Shown: piece by piece, positions 29,288 to 32,000 of the stretch
Numbering within the stretch: position 1 is the stretch's first letter
Layout: each line of letters begins with the position of its first letter
Assembly: GCF_014396165.1 (NCBI RefSeq)
Contig: NZ_CP060715.1
Span: 150,001-182,000, forward strand
Direction of reading: 5' to 3'
From: Erysipelothrix inopinata
GTDB taxonomy: Bacteria; Bacillota_I; Bacilli_A; Erysipelotrichales; Erysipelotrichaceae
Length of the DNA stretch: 32,000 nucleotides
Made by a program: the position numbers and the translations under genes
Notes under the pieces: model-generated
Databases searched by the model: none
The model's input: the letters and a program-made list of their open reading frames with translations, nothing else
What the model was told of the DNA's origin: nothing

Positions 29288-29494
29288 ACTATTATCAAAT
29301 ATATCTAAGCGTTTTCAACCCTCTATTTAAGTGGGTATTCCGCACTTTTGTGACAACCATAATTGGCGTATTGTGAAAGAATGTTTCATCTTTAACACAA
29401 TCTTTACAAATCAAACCCATTTTGATTTGAGGATATCTGTTTCTTTATGCATCACTTTCTGTCATAATAGTATACTGAAACGAGGTATCATATC

Positions 29495-30370
29495 ATGAAA
29501 CATACCCTTAAAGTAACACACGAAACACAACTTTTAGACTTTATCCTAAGCGCAAATTTACCCTATAGTCGTTCTAAACTTAAATCACTTCTTAAACATG
29601 GATGCATTGCTATCGATAATGAAGTTACAACTCAGTTCGATGATCCAATCCATGAAGGACAAACCATTACAATTGTTGAACATAATAATCAAAAGGATAC
29701 ACCTTTAAAGATTTTATATGAAGATAATGAAATTCTTGTTATTGAAAAGCCCTACAAACTTCTAACAATTGCTACGAATAAAAATGAAGATATGACTGCA
29801 TATCGTCTCGCAAGTGAATACGTTAAGTCACAAAATACTCGTAATCGCATTTTTGTTGTCCACCGTCTAGACCAAGACACATCCGGTGTTCTTATGTTCG
29901 CAAAGAGTGAAGCAGTTAAAAACCTCTATCAAAAAGACTGGAATAATCTTGTCCTTGATCGTACCTATGTCGCGATTGTTGAAGGCTCTGTAAAAAAAGA
30001 TGAGGACACTGTAAAAAGTTTCTTGCGTGAAAATAAAACTACGCACATGTACTCTACAACATCAGGACAAGAAGCAATCACTCACTATAAAGTGATTAAG
30101 AAAACAGATAATGTTTCAATTCTTAAAGTCAATATTGATACCGGTCGTAAAAACCAAATTCGTGTTCATATGAATGATATTGGTCACCCAATCATCGGTG
30201 ATCGTAAATATGATGCGAAGACAAATCCACTTAAACGTCTTGGACTTCATGCTTATCGACTTCAAATTAAGAATCCAAAAACAAAAAAAGTGATGACATT
30301 TATCGCACCACTTCCACCGAAGTTTAAAAAACTTTCGAAAATTACTGAAACTCAAGAGAAATCAATCTAA
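29495..30370 (+). CDS. RluA/RluD-family pseudouridine synthase with N-terminal S4 domain
   Basis: S4-like N-terminus, plus HRLDQDTSGVLMFAKS and GRKNQIRVHM motifs. Confidence 0.85.
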   Translation: MKHTLKVTHETQLLDFILSANLPYSRSKLKSLLKHGCIAIDNEVTTQFDDPIHEGQTITIVEHNNQKDTPLKILYEDNEILVIEKPYKLLTIATNKNEDMTAYRLASEYVKSQNTRNRIFVVHRLDQDTSGVLMFAKSEAVKNLYQKDWNNLVLDRTYVAIVEGSVKKDEDTVKSFLRENKTTHMYSTTSGQEAITHYKVIKKTDNVSILKVNIDTGRKNQIRVHMNDIGHPIIGDRKYDAKTNPLKRLGLHAYRLQIKNPKTKKVMTFIAPLPPKFKKLSKITETQEKSI

Positions 30371-30910
30371 GCCGTTCGCGGCTTTTTTTGTCCACTCGTC
30401 TCTCAAAACTCCATATTTAATTGAATCATAATATTCGCCCTTATAGTAACGGCATTTTCTAAGTCTTGCCTCAAGTGTCATATCAAGTTTATCCCCAATA
30501 GCCATCATACCCGGATTACCTGACCATGTTGTAAATCCAACTCGTTGGATGAGAGGAAACTTTTCAAACAGCTCTGTAATCCATAAATTGGATACATACG
30601 TTCCGATACCCTTTCCCCAATAAGACTCATCGTAGATAACAAGCCCGTACTCCAACCATCGGGTAGGTCTTGATTCCCAATAAAAAGAAACCAGCCCGAT
30701 CAATACGTCATCAACATAGATACCACGACGATGATCAACATCAATGTAGTAAGGCGCATAATCATTAAGATATGTTCTATAGTCTATCGCTTGATACTCA
30801 TTAAAATAAGGAGCATTAAAATGACTCCATTGCGGATCTTCATCTTTGAATGCAATTTCCCAAAGTTTTTGCGCGTCAGTTTCAGGTATGTAATCAATTA
30901 TTATTTTCAT
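30362..30910 (-). CDS. GNAT family N-acetyltransferase (Acetyltransf_3-type)
   Basis: GLVIYDESYWGKGIGTYV...FTTWSGNPGMMAIGDKLDM..EARLR, a GNAT core. Confidence 0.75.
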   Translation of the reverse strand: MKIIIDYIPETDAQKLWEIAFKDEDPQWSHFNAPYFNEYQAIDYRTYLNDYAPYYIDVDHRRGIYVDDVLIGLVSFYWESRPTRWLEYGLVIYDESYWGKGIGTYVSNLWITELFEKFPLIQRVGFTTWSGNPGMMAIGDKLDMTLEARLRKCRYYKGEYYDSIKYGVLRDEWTKKAANGLD

Positions 30911-30963
30911 ATTTAATCACTTCTTTTCTTAGTTTTTTGATATAATTTTTTTAGGAGGTTCTT

Positions 30964-32000
30964 ATGGATTCACAATCACTCTACTTATTACTTTTTATTA
31001 CTTTACTTCCACTGATTGCTTTACTCATATCTTACAAAAGAAATCGTGGCAGTATCTATAATGGATTCTATTTCTTGGGATTCATTGGAGCCCTAGGGAT
31101 TGATTTCATTGCCTTTGCGTTCTCTTCTCAGAATAAGATTCTGATGATATTAGCCGGTCTCATCGCTATGGTCTTCGTGGTTCTTTCATTCTTTGGAACC
31201 TTTATCCTTATTATAGCACTCTTCAAAAATGCACGAAACCTGATTCAAAAGGAGGGTTTCCGATTCCATAATTTACTTACATTATTTGCTGCTATTGGAT
31301 TAGTCATATTATTAATAATTCCACCAATAGTTAATGGAGCCATTCCAGAAGACGCTTATTATTTGCGAGCACTCTATAGTTTTTTCATGTTCGCGATCTA
31401 TTACTTTATTTTTGTGTTTATTCTCTTTCTATTGGCATCCTGGATCTATCGATTTGCACCGAACAAAGCAAACAAAGACTTTATCATTGTTCTGGGAAGT
31501 GGCTTGAGAAATGGACGCGAAGTACCACCGCTTCTTGCAAGTCGTATCGACTACGCTATCGAGTTCTACCAAAAACACGAAGTTAAACCAATTCTTATTT
31601 TCTCTGGTGGTCGTGGTGACGATGAACATCTTGCTGAAGGTGTAGCTATGAAAGACTACGCAATCCATCACGGCATTCCCGAAGATCACGCTATTGCTGA
31701 AGATCAGTCACGAAACACCTATGAGAATATGCTATTCTCTAAAAGAATCATGGATAATCTAAAACCAGATGGAAAATATAAAGTTGCTTTCTCGTCAAAT
31801 AATTTCCACATATTTAGAGCAGACCGTTATGCACGAATGGTCGGGCTTAAAAACACACACGGTATCGCTGCCAAGACTGCTACTTACTTTATTCCTAATG
31901 CGATGATTCGAGAATATATTGCCCTCATCGTAATGACAAAAAGAACTCACATCGTTGTGCTAAGTCTGGTTTTCATCCTTATCTTCACATTTGCCGTTGT
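30964..32000 (+). CDS. YdcF/ElyC/SanA (DUF218) family protein with N-terminal multi-TM domain; 3' end off-window
   Basis: Absent from the track because it has no stop in the window. My translation from ATG 30964 (GGAGG 5 nt upstream) reads MDSQSLYLLLFITLLPLIALLISYKRNRG...DFIIVLGSGLRNGREVPPLLASRIDYAIEFYQ...ILIFSGGRGDDEHLAEGVAMKDYAIHHGIPEDHAIAEDQSRNTYENM, the DUF218 core. Confidence 0.75.
   Translation, partial: MDSQSLYLLLFITLLPLIALLISYKRNRGSIYNGFYFLGFIGALGIDFIAFAFSSQNKILMILAGLIAMVFVVLSFFGTFILIIALFKNARNLIQKEGFRFHNLLTLFAAIGLVILLIIPPIVNGAIPEDAYYLRALYSFFMFAIYYFIFVFILFLLASWIYRFAPNKANKDFIIVLGSGLRNGREVPPLLASRIDYAIEFYQKHEVKPILIFSGGRGDDEHLAEGVAMKDYAIHHGIPEDHAIAEDQSRNTYENMLFSKRIMDNLKPDGKYKVAFSSNNFHIFRADRYARMVGLKNTHGIAAKTATYFIPNAMIREYIALIVMTKRTHIVVLSLVFILIFTFAV

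Overview
AT-rich Bacillota-type chromosomal segment (standard code, GGAGG-type RBSs, CCA-encoded tRNAs), mostly compact housekeeping genes. Left to right: a THF-riboswitch-controlled folT (partial), a frameshifted ybaK, MscS- and YihY-family membrane proteins, and a class Ib ribonucleotide reductase operon (nrdI-nrdE-nrdF plus a CxxC redoxin). Then a CoA-binding protein and pepF, followed by the conserved pcrA-ligA-camS-gatCAB block with a 229-aa membrane-anchored ORF appended. Next an rRNA-methyltransferase/RluA pair, cls plus a patatin-like lipase, a CofE-like protein, GNATs, membrane proteins, csp, a second pseudouridine synthase and a partial YdcF/DUF218 gene. The one clearly accessory stretch is about 9.2-12.0 kb. 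Two copies of a tRNA-Asn/tRNA-Glu cassette, with identical tRNAs and diverged flanks, bracket about 2.3 kb. That stretch holds a GNAT gene, a 178-aa nuclease-like ORF, about 540 bp with no ORF, a 25-nt tRNA-Glu 3' fragment and an orphan 72-aa XRE HTH gene. A perfect 37-nt promoter/leader/RBS repeat sits in front of both the GNAT and the HTH gene. Inside the ORF-free stretch a near-consensus promoter fires into about 230 nt of comparatively G+C-rich, apparently structured RNA. That RNA ends in an intrinsic terminator only about 5 nt before the RBS of the nuclease-like ORF. This is a type III toxin-antitoxin-like or attenuator-like layout, but without the tandem-repeat RNA of known type III systems, and it is my main candidate for an undescribed system. 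No CRISPR array, IS element, integrase or rRNA was seen. All family assignments rest on motifs I recognise by eye, since no database search was possible.
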